In this document: piece after piece, positions 51,045 through 63,443 of the stretch
Layout of the letters: the number at the start of each line of letters is the position of its first letter
Position numbering within the stretch: the first letter of the stretch is position 1
NCBI RefSeq assembly: GCF_964188315.1
Contig: NC_135660.1
Span: 95,790,001 to 95,854,000 of the forward strand
Length of the DNA: 64,000 bases
Direction of reading: 5' to 3'
Source of the DNA: Podarcis muralis
Lineage: Eukaryota
Made by a program: the position numbers and the translations under genes
Notes under the pieces: model-generated
What the model saw: only the letters and a program-made list of their open reading frames with translations
Databases searched by the model: none
What the model was told of the DNA's origin: nothing

Positions 51045-51421
51045 AAGGTAAAGATAAAGGACCCCTGGATGGTTAAGTCCAGTCAAAGGTGACTATGAGG
51101 TGCAGCAATGCTCATCTCGCTTTCAGGCCGACGGAATTGGCATTTGTCCACAGACAGTTTTCCTGTGGCCAGTGTGACTAAACCATTTCTAGTGCAATGG
51201 AACACCGTGATGTAAACCAGAGTGCACGGAAATGCCATTTACCTTCCTGCCACAGTGGTACCTATTTATCTACTTGCATGGGTGTGCTTTCAAACTGCTA
51301 GGTTGGCAGGAGCTAGAAAAGAGCAACGGGAGCTCACCCCACTGTGCAGATTCAAACTACCAACCTTTCAATCAGCAAGCCCAAGAGGCTTAGTGGTTTA
51401 GATCACAGTACCACCCGTGTC
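51045..51421 (-). mobile_element. Sauria SINE, older diverged copy
   Basis: aaggtaaagataaaggacccc tail; body homologous to 49683-50054 with many CpG-decay changes. Confidence 0.88.
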
Positions 51422-54400
51422 CATAGATATTCACAGCAGCGCAGTGTGCACCTTGGCTAGAGATGAATGAGTAGGGGAGGCTGGTCCATTTGTGCACCAC
51501 CAAGATCTCTCTGTCATCAGCCAACCCTCACTTGCTTACCTTCTAACATCAAATCTATTCAGGGTCATTGTGACTGTCAGTCTTATACTTGCAGGAATGA
51601 GGAGGATGGGGACAAAACTAGAATCATTCAGCTGAACCTGTTACGATTCTGGCTCCATATTCTGTTTTTGCTCCCTGATTCCCACCCCACCAGTCTCAAT
51701 GGCCATCAGTCGCCACTGCAAATTTAGAACAGCTTAAAGACTCCAATCCATGTGAAGTTGTTTTAAACAGTGGTATCTTATCAGCTCAGGTAGGAAAACT
51801 ATTGAACAGTAGAATCCCTAATCTGTCCTGCATACTCAATGCCAGGTACAAATATGTGAACTGGAATCTCAGCGAAACAGGAACTCCCCCCACCCCCAAG
51901 CCACATCAAGCCAGGAATTGAATTTTGTAAGCTCAAAACATTTTTAAAATACACATATGAGCACACTGCTGTTTTTTTAATCACTCCTAATTCAATAATA
52001 TTTTTAAATGTTTCATAGCTATTAATTCCTCTGTCCTAAATGTTTCTTGCTCGATCTCCTTCCAAATGGTTTTCATTACTTTGAAGAGCTGTTCATTTAT
52101 GATAACCGTTACTCAGGTGTGTTGAGCTGTGGCAGAGATGTGCGCAGCTCTCAGGCATCATTTAGCTGCAATTCATTATTAATCTTCCCAGTGTGTGTCC
52201 ATGAGGAGGTCTCCACATCAAATTTACCTGGTCCAGGAAGAATGCGAGAACATTTTAAAGACCAAACAAGAGTAAGGGAGGAGGGAATTGCATATTTTTC
52301 TATGGTACTTTTGTAATGGAGATTATTAATTAATGAACAAAGCTAAGGTTACACAATCTGTTCTTCTTTAAGGACACAACCTAAGCTTCACTTTAGCAAG
52401 CTCCACTGAATTGTGAAGCAGGAGCTCTGAATCTCTTGTTCAATGCCCGTTCATCCCAATGATGGATGCGCAGAATAACTTTCCTGTGGACTGTGCCCAT
52501 TCAGATTTGAATCTCCTACCGTTAGATGTATATAGAAATGTTTGGGCTGTATTCAACTAAGTCCTACTCAGATTAGACTCCTTTAATGAACCTAAGCTAG
52601 TTACGACTATTAACTTCAGTGAGTAAGAGTAGCATCAACCAGAATATAGAAACCCTTGACGCCTTTGGTCACACCATAACTTAGTGAGAACAAAGAAAAC
52701 AGCCTTGACAAAACAGAACACATGAGAGAGCTTGCATCAGCTGTAGTTACTTTGATATGGAGAAAGCTCTCTGTGCTTGGTTAATGAGACACAGAGACTG
52801 TGTGACTCCCTTTCTGCTGAGGATCCAGTTCCTTCTGTTCCCTTCAGTTACCACTTGGGGTGTTTTGCTTAGCTCCCTCTGAGCTGTGATGGTGTCCATA
52901 ACTTAAACAAAATGGAAGGGACTGTCAAACAATGGTAAGTTTATAAACCAACATAAGGGGCAGCCAACATTACTTGTTAGTCCCAAACTCTAGGAAAACC
53001 CAATCTTTGCTTCTAATATTCACTGTGGTCAATTCAGTTTTTTAATCAAACTGAGGAGAGTTTCAACCAGCAGTAGCCACCATACACAGAGCTCCCAAAC
53101 TTGGGATATTCCCATGCAAGACCTCTAGTTGATTAAGATCAATGTTTTTCAGTGGGCACCTTGAAAGGATTAAGCTTTGCACCCGTGACATTCAGGCTGG
53201 GCAACACATTGGCTTCTTCTAGGATGTCTTCCCTGAATGTATGGATACCTTTACTAAGTTCTTTTCTGACAAGGACCATACATATCTATGCAAATTATTA
53301 GGGCAAGTAAATAAAAAAAAAAGGTTTTGGATCTTAATCAATACCCATGATATATGCAGAGCGAGACCAGAAGAACGTTACATGACCTTTCAGCCAGGAG
53401 AGACCTGAATCCCAGCAAGTGTTCAGGAAAGGTGCTTGAAGGAACCATCTCTCTCTCTCTCCCTTTCCACTCATATTGTGCATCCTCCAGCTTTCTGTCG
53501 CTCTCTAACATGGCCAAGAAACAAAATCCACGATGCATGAAAATTGGAGCAGTATCCCAGAGTGCACCATTGGATTATCTCCCATAGAAATGAATTGTTG
53601 CCAGTCATTGCTGTGGGGGAAATGAAGCATTGGGATTTCGTGGAGGGGGCTGCAGTGTGCCCCCTCCACGAAATCCTGTGGGAAGGATGGGGACCTCAGT
53701 GTCTATCTGTGTACAAAGCAGAAACCTTTCACATACAAGCTCCATAACGTATAAAAAAATACTGCAAACGTCTGGTTTTAAACACACACACACAAGTACT
53801 ACTTGCATATACAAATGCACATGAATGAATATATATACACACATACTTTGGCTTCTGAAATCTCTTGCTCTGGGTGACCTCTTCCCCTCTTTGACAACGA
53901 TGAAATGAAAGCAGCCTTCTTGTCTTTCCCTTGATTTATATTGATTCCTCCCAAGTCTCTGGAGAGAGCTGACAAGCAAATGGGGGTAAAGTTAAGTAAA
54001 GGCTAACAGAGGCATCAAAGGCATTTTCTCAAGCACAGTACATAATAAGAGCTATAATTAAGTGATTGTCTCTCCTTTTAAAAATAGCAAGTGGCAGATG
54101 AGACAGAAAGATGATAAATAGGTAATTAATGTGCTGTTCTCTTTCACTCGATTTTGATTATACCTCCTGCTGGGGAGAAGAGGCCTCGTTGCTTTTAATC
54201 TTCTTCTCATTCCACCTATTTCCACTATCATGTTTTCTCCCATTCCGGCTCTTATGATGCGCAGCCCTGCTTGCAGCCTTTCAAGGGAAGGCGGCTCAAC
54301 TTTCCCAGCAGGCATGATCAGACATGGCTGCCCCGCCATGGAAATGTATTCTAAAATTGGCATGGAAAATACGAGCATGCCTTGGAACTAATAAGCTTGT

Positions 54401-54719
54401 TTCCAACAAAGTCGTATTCAATTCTGTCGAGGGCATTTGCTGGGGCCGTGACAAATGGGATACCTGAACTTTAATAACCAGTCAATTCATTCCATGATTT
54501 TTGCTTTGAAAGGCAAAGATCCTTATTCAGTGCTCCGTGAGCCTTCCTAAAGAAGAATCAACGCAAGCACGGTCATTCCAGCATTAACTGCAGTTCCATG
54601 TATACTAAAGAAATAGGTTCAGCTGTGGGCCAACAGGGATGGCCTGAAACTCTGGCAGGCCAGTTGCCAAGGCCCACTTGCCATGCTTCCAGGGGAGCTG
54701 AAGGGGTCTGCAGGCACTC

Positions 54720-55742
54720 ATAATAATAATAATAATAATTTATTATTTGTACCCCGCCCATCTGGCTGGGTTTCCCCAGCCACTCTGGGCGGCTTCCAAC
54801 AAATATGAAAAATACACAAAAATGTCACATATTAAAAACTTCCCTGAACAGGGCTGCCTTCAGATGTCTTCTGAATGTCAGGTAGTTGTTTATCACTTTG
54901 ACATCTGATGGGAGGGCGTTCCACAGGGCGGGCGCCACTACCGAGAAGGCCCTTTGCCTGGTTCCCTGTAACTTGGCCTCTCGCAGTGAGGGAACCACCA
55001 GAAGGCCCTCGGAACTGGACCTCAGTGTCCGGGCAGAACGATGGGGGAGGGGACGCTCCTTCAGATATACTGGACCGAGGCCGTTTAGGGCTTTAAAGGT
55101 CAGCACCAACACTTTGAATTGTGCTCGGAAACGTACTGGGAGCCAATGTAGGTCTTTCAAGACCGGTGTTCTATGGTCTCGGCGGCCGCTCCCAGTCACC
55201 AGTCTAGCTGCCGCATTCTGTATTAGTTGTAGTTTCCGGGTCACCTTCAAAGGTAGCCCCACGTAGAGCGCATTGCAGTAGTCGAAGCGGGAGATAACCA
55301 GAGCATGCACCACTCTGGCGAGACAGTCTGCAGGCAGATAGGGTCTCAGCCTACGTACCAGATGGAGCTGGTAAACAGCTGCCCTGGATACAGATTTGAC
55401 CTGTGCCTCCATGGACAGCTGTGAGTCCAAAATGACTCCCAGGCTGCGCACCTGGTCCTTCAGGGGCCCAGTTACCCCATTCAGGACCAGGGAATCCCCC
55501 ACACCCGCCCGCCCCCTGTCCCCCCAAAACAGTACTTGTGTCTTGTCAGGATTCAACCTCAATCTGTTAGCCGCCATCCATCCTCCAACCGCCTCCAGAC
55601 ACTCACACAGGACCTTCACTGCCTTCACTGGTTCTGACTTAAAAGAGAGGTAGAGCTGGGTATCATCCGCATACTGATGAACACCCAGCCCAAACCTCCT
55701 GATGATCTCTCCCAGTGGCTGCATGTAAATGTTGAAAAGCAT
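54720..55742 (-). mobile_element. Young L2 LINE, 5'-truncated, with an open RT C-terminal frame of about 305 codons
   Basis: MLFNIYMQPLG...HQYADDTQLY...LHWLPVRFRAQFKVLVLTFKALNG...RAFSVVAPALWNALP, then 3' UTR and (ATT)n tail. The ORF track extension to 56129 is unrelated flanking sequence. Confidence 0.95.
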
Positions 55743-57235
55743 CTGGGCAGAAATCTGTAGCCAGAACCCTTGAGCCCCCAAGTCAAGTGACTGCTGGCAA
55801 CCAGAGGCATACCTAGGGGGTGGCCAGAATGGCTCCACCAAAGGAGCAGGCTCAGGGGCTAGGAGTAAAAGCAGTGAGTGGAGGGAATGAAGGAGGCAGG
55901 GAGGCAGGCAGATGGGCAGGCAGACTGAGAAAGGAAGAGCAGAACAGACCCAACGCCGTTGGCCACGGAAGTCACTGGCCGAGTGGGAGAGGTGATAAAA
56001 AGCCAACTTTTTGAGTTCCTGGCTCATGGTCTCTTCTGTCTTTGGAGACATCTCCTTGCTAGGGTGTGTGTGTGGCACCAGTACAGCTCCTTGCACAAGG
56101 GAGCCTAGGTATGCATCTGTGGTATGCAACTACATTCCAACAATCTGCTTCAGTTCCTTAATCTTGGTTCTGGGAAGGTATCAGGCTGATCTTCTGTGTT
56201 TTCCTAGAGCAATGTGGTGCCTTGCTTTGGCTCCTGCCTTGTTGACTTTCCCCCCACTCCCTCTCTTGTAGACCACCCATTGACCTTGGCCCCTTGGCCT
56301 ATTCAACAGAATTTGCAACAGCTAGCTGCTTCTGTCACAGTCCACAGACATTTTCCATCATCACTGTAGCCTAATCCTGCGATGGCACAGGCGCAAAGCC
56401 AATGCCGTCTGTGCACAGATTTGCCCATGACATTTCAGTGAGTGGAGCGTAAATTGTGCGCTTGGGAGCTCTGAACCACACATCCTAAAGTGGTTGATGT
56501 TGAGTAGCATCTGTCCTTGGCGTGTCTTTTTTGCGACATGGATAATTTTTTCCAAATTGTAAAGTGTGGCACACGGGCATGTTCTAAAAGATGGATAAAG
56601 GAAGGAAGGAACTGTGGTAAAAAGGAGGGGCTTTTTTGATTGTAAAAGAAATGAAACAAACTAGAATCCTAGAACTGAAGAGTTGGGGGGGGGGAGCCAA
56701 AGTGTCATCTAATCGAACCCCTCAATGCAGGAATCACAGCTTAGGACAAAGAAGAGAAAAATACGATGTCAAAAGAAACTCTCAGCGAGGAGAGGAAAGT
56801 CCAAAGGAGCGTGTGCTCTGATTTGAGATGGGAGATGGACTGAGGATCAACAGGAAGTGAGGAGCTAAGGCTTCTGTTGAGGCTGACACATTTCCTGTCT
56901 CTGGGCTGCAAGGCAGGCAGCGCTTGTCACTTGGACACCTCTGAGAATCACCAGAAAATAATGTTGCTCACCTAGATAACCTCCTCTAAATAACCAGGCA
57001 TCATAAGCAAGGCATATATTGGCAACACTCCCTCCTCAAGTTTCTCTGCAAAAAGCTGGAATGAAAGAGGTAAACACGGAAGGTCCTGAAATGTATATGC
57101 CAGACCTTTGCCCGTGCAAATAGCTTTCAACCGTCATGCGTGTTGTGCATTGGCATTCTGTTTGCTCCTTTGTAATAAATTCTGATAGGTTCACTGAGTG
57201 GCTGATATTCCGTGCAATTTCATGCAATGTTACAG

Positions 57236-57355
57236 ATGGTGAGCTTTATTCCGGAACGGCGGCAGATTTCATGGGCAGAGATTTTGCCATTTTCCGTACG
57301 CTGGGGCACCATCACCCAATCAGGACAGAGCAGCACGACTCCCGGTGGCTTAATG
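57236..57355 (+). CDS. SEMA3A: Semaphorin-3A coding exon (exon 6), 120 bp, (D)GELYSGTAADFMGRDFAIFRTLGHHHPIRTEQHDSRWLN + G
   Basis: ttacAG acceptor and GTAAGT donor at 57356. Peptide is visible inside ORF 57136..57390 and matches human SEMA3A as recalled. Confidence 0.98.
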
Positions 57356-58410
57356 GTAAGTCAGGAATATCGTTTATCCACTTTCCATAGTTTTAAACGA
57401 TGGCTAATTAACTTTAATGTGCAATACTCATTCACAGTCGCTCAGCACCACATTGGTATTGTCACAAATGAATGAAACTAATTGGGCTTGATTTTATGTG
57501 TGCTTTGATTTTAATTCCATTGTTATTTGTAGACTGTGGATTTTGCCTTAATATGGAGATGGGCAGCTTCTGTATTATTGAGAGTTGTGAACTGAGAGCC
57601 AAAAGTATGTTTTCTTCTGCAACCGATTCCCAACCCTGACATCCCCATGCACTGTCGAGTCAGACTGCATAATAAAATTGGCACATTTAGCACTAAGGTC
57701 TTCCCAGCTGTGAAGCACATGGGCTCAGGCATATGATCACATGCCAGTATTTAGATGTACATGTTTCATACAGATATCCAAAAGAGAGATAAAACATGCA
57801 ATTGTAGAATGTCTCTGCTGCTTAAAACTGGGAGACATTTTTTTCTGTTCTTCATTAACAAAGCCATGGGTAACTTCTTTTCTTTTATCATATCTTGATT
57901 AAAATTTGTGAGTCTCCGGGAATCAGATAAAAATCTTTTTAGGGGTTAGTTCTGGTTCATAGGCCACCAGTTAACTATCCTGCCTTTAAACCGTCCTGGA
58001 AGGCCTTAGGCAGCTCTGCTTCTGCAAGACAAGCAAATTTCCTGGGGGGAAGTTTCACCACAGATGCAGAAAAGGACTGCCAGTGAGAATTGCATTATTG
58101 AACAAGCAGTTGGTATCAAGTCCCCACGCTCTGATTTTGAAAAGACCTTTCCTGTTTCAGTATAATCTGTTTCAACTCTAAAGCTCTCCATGGATGATCT
58201 CAGAAATTATGTTGATTGTTTACATAGACACACCAAACAGAAAAAAAGTAGATCATTTTTTCCCCTGAGCCAGTCCAATGGGATCTGCTAACATTCAAGG
58301 ATGCATCCATTTCCCACCTTAGAATAGCTCATTTAGCAGGATTAGCTGAGAGCAGTGCAGTTACCTGTAGATTGAGTCTGAGCGTCGGCTGAGATGATAG
58401 TTGAAACTTA

Positions 58411-59527
58411 CCGTACTTTTCTGTGTATTAGACAAGGGTTTTTTACTCCAAAATAAAGTAAAACATGGGAGGGTCGTCTTATACATGGGTAGTGCAGGGG
58501 GGGTGGGGGAGACATGGGCAATTGGTTGCACCTGCGAGCAGGATCTAGTGATTGGGTGGGTGAATGGTGTCTGCTGCAAGGGCCGCTTTGGATTGGCTGC
58601 TGCTTTGTCAATTGGGTGGGTTCATTTGTGGATGTGTATATGGTTGCTTTGGATTGGCTGCTGTTCTGCCAATTTGGCTTGCGTCGCTTGCGATTGTTAG
58701 CGTTTGCCAGTTGGGTGAATGATATTCGGTTCGACATTCCCCTCCCCCCTTGAAATATACTCAGAGTCGCAAAGTGATTTCATGCTCTTTATTCAGCTCA
58801 TAGTGGTGAGGAGGAATGAATGAAAGTCCCCTCAAAGTATCTGCTTTATATACATTATTTACACAATGGGCTGCACATGATTGGCTAATTCTGGAATTCT
58901 ACTGTAAGCCAATCCGGTTGTGGATTCGCTTCTATCTGGAGCATGATTGGGTAGTTCCTGCCAACCAATCATACTGCTGCATTGTTCTAGGACCAATCAG
59001 ACTGCTGCGTTCTGAATCCTATTGTTCTAGGACCAATCAGACTGCTGGCCTTTTGGATCCTATTGTTCTAGGACCAATCAGACTGCTGCAGTTTGGATCC
59101 TATTCAACTCAGTACATAACACCCCTCCCCTCTAAGTTCCAGTCCTGCCCGGGAGGTCGCATTCATAGTCCTCGAGGTACGCCGGCGGCCTACGTGTGCG
59201 TTGCGGCCTGGGGTGTTCGCTGGTCCGGGGTTCAGGTTCTGGCTCGTGTTCCAAGGATGCTGGCTGTGATGGGGCTGTTTGGTCTGGCGCAACCGGCTCG
59301 CTCAGTCGTGGTTCTGGTTCCGGTGTCCCACCCCTCAAAAAAAAAAAAAAATCACCCAGCAACCCGTGGGCATCCCCCCAAAAAAACAACCCTCAACAAT
59401 TCTGGTTAATTCTCCCCCCAAAAAGCTCAACAACTCTGTGCCATCTCCCCCCATTTTCTTAAATTTGAGCCCCCCAAAATAGGGGGCATCTTATACATGG
59501 GGGTGCCTTATAGATGGGAAAGTATGG
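58411..59527. mobile_element. Tc1/mariner (Tc2-like) non-autonomous element containing an LTR retrotransposon fragment
   Basis: TA-ccgtacttttctgtgtattagac ... cttatagatgggaaagtatgg-TA, with subterminal tcttatacatggg at both ends. Confidence 0.75.
58751..59330 (-). mobile_element. Gypsy-type LTR retrotransposon 3' end: integrase tail, PPT and 3' LTR (58751-59121)
   Basis: Peptide RPQRTRRPPAYLEDY with stop at 59132-59134, PPT AGAGGGGAGGGG (rc of 59122-59133), and a 371-bp LTR with TG...CA ends. Minus-strand TATA (tatataaag) and AATAAA are present. Confidence 0.85.
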
Positions 59528-59986
59528 TATGTGATCTGCCTAATGCAGCCTCCTCTGGTGGCCCAAATGCAGCAGGCAATGAGTTGAACCTGATGGAATA
59601 ATTTGGGGAGGGGGCATAGAGCTAGCCAGAGAGGGCTGTGGTATGAGGTGAGTCCCAGATAGAGACAGGAGGGCAGCATTTTTTGGGAGGGGGGCCGGCC
59701 TGATATTCTCCAGCACCACTATGTTCCAGTGGCCTTACAGTATCCTGGTGACCCTAGTGTGGCCTTGAATGCCTGGCCTTTGAGAGCCTCTTCCGTGGCT
59801 GCGGCTCACCTCTTGGGGCAGAGCTGCCATAGCAGCCTCTTTGCAGAGGCATCACTATTGGGAGGGGGAGGTGAAGAGGCAAAAGGCAGCAGTGGAATTG
59901 GGACTGTGCAGGCACACCAGTGGAGCCCACAAAGTTCAGATTTTGTCACCGCCTTGTCCCTCGCCTTCCACAGTGCTGCCCTTGCT

Positions 59987-60425
59987 CAGTGGCGGAGGAA
60001 CCCTCTCCAGAACCCGGGGCAGCACAGCCCGTATGGACTGCGCTTGTGCGGCATCCCATGCGTGCGCGCTCTGTATGGAATGCCGCACAAGTGCAGTCCG
60101 TACGGGCTGCCGCTCGCACGGGACGGCCATGTGGGCTGCTGCTTGCATGGCGACCGTACAGACTGCTGCATGAGTGGCATCCTGTATGGACTGTACATGT
60201 GTGGCGACCATACGGGCTGCCGCTCTCGCGCGATGGCCATATGGTTGCCTTGCAAGAGGCAGCCCCGTACAGATGCCTGTACGGACGCCACACGAGCAGC
60301 GCCCATACGGATTGCAGGCGCCCTCGGTTGCTCTACAACCAGGGGGAGGCAGGGGCCATCTTGTCACCCCTTCCAGAGTGGCACCTGGGGCAAACCGCCC
60401 CCCCCGCCCCCTTCCTACGCGGCTG
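59987..60425. mobile_element. CpG-rich hAT-like non-autonomous element with internal repeats and hairpin
   Basis: Imperfect TIR cagtggcggaggaa / rc cagccgcgtaggaa, and subterminal cttgtcacccc...tggcacctggggc. No TSD recognised. Confidence 0.55.
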
Positions 60426-60514
60426 TTCCTTCAGCTCCGTCCCACTGTGCAAACTGCGCCTGCTCTTCCCCCTGCTCCTCCTTGCAGCGATCCGGACCAT
60501 GCTGTCAGAGAGGA

Positions 60515-60566
<52 letters not shown>

Positions 60567-60955
60567 TTTATTTATATCCCGCCCTCCCCAGCCGAAGCTG
60601 GGCTCAGGGCGGCTAACAACAATAAAATAATGCAACGTTCTAAAAACATTTCATTATAAAATTTATTAAAATCAAATTGATGGCAACCATTAAGCAAAAA
60701 TTATGTGCAGATTGCCAGTCAGGCTGTGCCCTGACCAAAGGCCTGGTGGAACAACTCTGTCTTGCAGGCCCTGCGGAAAGATGTCAAGTCCTGCAGGGCC
60801 CTAGTCTCTTGTGACAGAGCGTTCCACCAGATCGGAGCTACAACCGAAAAAGCCCTGGCTCTGGTTGAGGCCAGCCTAACCTCTCTGTGGCCTGGGACCT
60901 TCAAGATGTTTTTATTTGAAGACCGTAAGTTCCTCTGTGGGACATACCAGGAGGC
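60515..60955 (-). mobile_element. L2 LINE 3' end with (ATT)n tail
   Basis: EVRLASTRARAFSVVAPIWWNALSQE...FRRACKTELFHQAF in ORF 60719..61024. The AAT array at 60515-60563 is its tail. Confidence 0.9.
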
Positions 60956-61356
60956 CTTTTTATTTTCAATAGCCATATGCAGCCCCACACAAAGCCCCAG
61001 ACTGGTGTCTTCTTGGGTTCCCACTTCCGTCTTGTCTCAATTCACACTTTTCCTTTGTGCTGCCTGGGTGCTTGATTAGCTCAGCTTTCCTCCCAGACTC
61101 TCTTACAGAAGGCAGGCAGTATCTCCCTAAGTGCTTCCTTCCCCTGCTGCTGACACCTATGAGCTCCGCATCCCTTTTCCTAAAATCTTTCAGTATGTTT
61201 TGGAGGTGGCATTTGTCATTCCAGCCATGTGGGTTTGATTTGCTTCAAGCCACAACTTTAGGCAAGTGCTCCTGCCACACCTTATGGTTCCTATACGCTC
61301 CAGCTGCAGAAGTCGGAATCGCAAAAGCTCTGCCTTTGAGAACCAATTGCTGCCCA

Positions 61357-61844
61357 TGGAAGAGGACTGGAAGAAATTTAAGGACTATTTACAAAAACAT
61401 TGTAAACTGTATGAATCTTAAGAAGATGCAAGAGTAAAAATAAAAATAAAAATGTGGCACCAGTAAGTTAGTTGATAAGAATTTGAGAATGGATGGAATT
61501 TGGGGAAAAAGTGAACTTGTTTTTTGGTTAATATTATGACTAAATTACCGGTAAATATTTAAGTCTTTTGGGACACAAACCTAAGCTTAGAGACATAATA
61601 TTGGAAGAATACAATTAAGGAATTGAAACAAGGTGATAATTTTCTGTTTAGAATTTTATAAAATTGGAAAGCAGGAGCGAAAGATGTGAGGAAGTCCAAA
61701 AGTGACGAAAGCAAGAATCTGACCTTGATGGTATATACTTTCTGTTTTCTTTTTTTGTATGTTTCTCTTTGTTTTTTTTGTTTTTTGTCTGTTTATTGTA
61801 TGTTTAAAAAACTCTGAATAAAAACTTTTTTTTTTAAAAAAAGA
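61357..61844 (+). mobile_element. 5'-truncated L1-type LINE with 19-bp TSD
   Basis: GAGAACCAATTGCTGCCCA at 61338-61356 and 61845-61863. Starts with EEDWKKFKDYLQKHCKLYES-stop (W..F..Y type L1 ORF2 C-terminus), then a T-rich 3' UTR, AATAAA and an A tail. Confidence 0.85.
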
Positions 61845-62998
61845 GAGAACCAATTGCTGCCCACTGTCACAAGGAAATTCCACAATGGCTTTGGACTTGT
61901 ACTGTAAACTAAGGCAGAAGCAGCAATGAGGGAAGGGGGGGGGCAGGAATGCCTTTTAATTCAACGGGCACCCTGTGCCAGACGTAATGACTCACTGATT
62001 GGGAGCCCTGTAGGCGCTAACGCAATATAAATAACAACTATGAACCTCTGCCAAGCATATGGCGCTGCTCGATGTTAGCATCATGAGAACGGTGTGTGTG
62101 CCATTTGTGAGAAATACTTCGGGAACAGTTATTCCTTGGTTTTACTTCCACTCTAATTTTAGTCAAGATAGCTGGACTTCAGAGTATGTCAAGGGGTGAA
62201 AAGGGAGATTTTTATTATTATTATTCTTTTGGCTTTCTGTGGACCTATAACCAAAGAATCTTCCGGAACACTATCTTTACTCTCCCCAGCTGATTGATCC
62301 CAAGGATAACCTGCCCTAGCTCAGTCATGCAAGTAAAAGCTGCTTTTGTGCTGTAGATCCACACACTGACAGCTGAGTCAGGAGGATTTATGCAGCGAGA
62401 GAGCGCAGTCATTGTCCACTGTCCCCATGGCTCAGTGCCGAAACTGTGGCACTCCCCTCTCTCCTTTTGAATTGCGCTCACCAGTCTCTCAGCGCTGAAT
62501 GCGAGAACTGATTTTTCCCAAGTTAGCACTAAGGATGCATCTGAGAGGATCAGGAAATGGAAACGGCCTGAGGACAGAGAGGGGGTAAGATTACCTACCC
62601 AGAGCTTCTTGCAACCCCTCTAGAAATCAAAGCCTTTAGAAGCCGGAAGCTTTTATGGAATTCAAATGTGTGTATCTCCTCTGACTCACCAAAGGGAGGC
62701 TATTGGGTTATACTCCTTGCACGTGGTGCCTTCAGAGTAATAGTTTTCAAACTCAGGGGACCCTTTCCAGGTCGATTTGTCTGCCCTGGAAACCCAGTTC
62801 ATTGTACAGCACTCTCTAGGGCAAGTTCTAGCATGTGCTATGTTCATGGGGGAAATCAGCTGTCTGTTAGGCCTCTCTTTCTGCAGGCTGAAGGGGCTGT
62901 GGGGGCTGAGGGCATCCTCCCACCCCCCATTAAAGTCCTTTCCGGCTACCTTAGGGAACTGAGAGATCTCTCTTCCCCCCTCCCATCCACATGCACAC

Positions 62999-63050
62999 TA
63001 GGGAGGGAAGAATCTCTCAAGTTTGGTTCCTCTGTTTTATCCAGTGGTAA

Positions 63051-63104
<54 letters not shown>

Positions 63105-63443
63105 GTCCCATATCTGCATATGCATGAGTTTGTTTTTTAAAAACAACAGCCTATGAAAAGTCATATGCATTTTCATGTACACTTCTACTAACACACTTTT
63201 TGCAAGCAATTTTCCTATAATAAAATGCATTTTGCACATTATTTTTTTACTAATGTACACTTTTTTGTATGTGCTTTTCATTAATGTGCACATTTCTGAA
63301 TGCATTCTTTGGCTGAAGAACTGCATCTCCATTTGGATTAGTTTTGAAGGAGAACTGTGCCTCATTTCATATATTCCTTTGGGGAAGACATATCTGGTAT
63401 GTTTGCATCAAACTGCAGATTGAACATATTCCTCCCTCATCCT

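Noticed and set aside
54825-56129. 434-aa ORF as a host or domesticated gene
   Set aside because: The C-terminal part is a 5'-truncated L2 RT. The N-terminal 130 aa are chance read-through of flanking DNA.
60020-60335. CRISPR-like repeat/spacer appearance
   Set aside because: Repeats are short and degenerate, spacing is irregular, there are no cas genes and the context is a vertebrate intron.
59729-60659. Cluster of long overlapping ORFs (up to 295 aa) on both strands
   Set aside because: Caused by a GC-rich, stop-poor repetitive element and an AAT microsatellite (poly-N/I/Y). No domain or splice structure.
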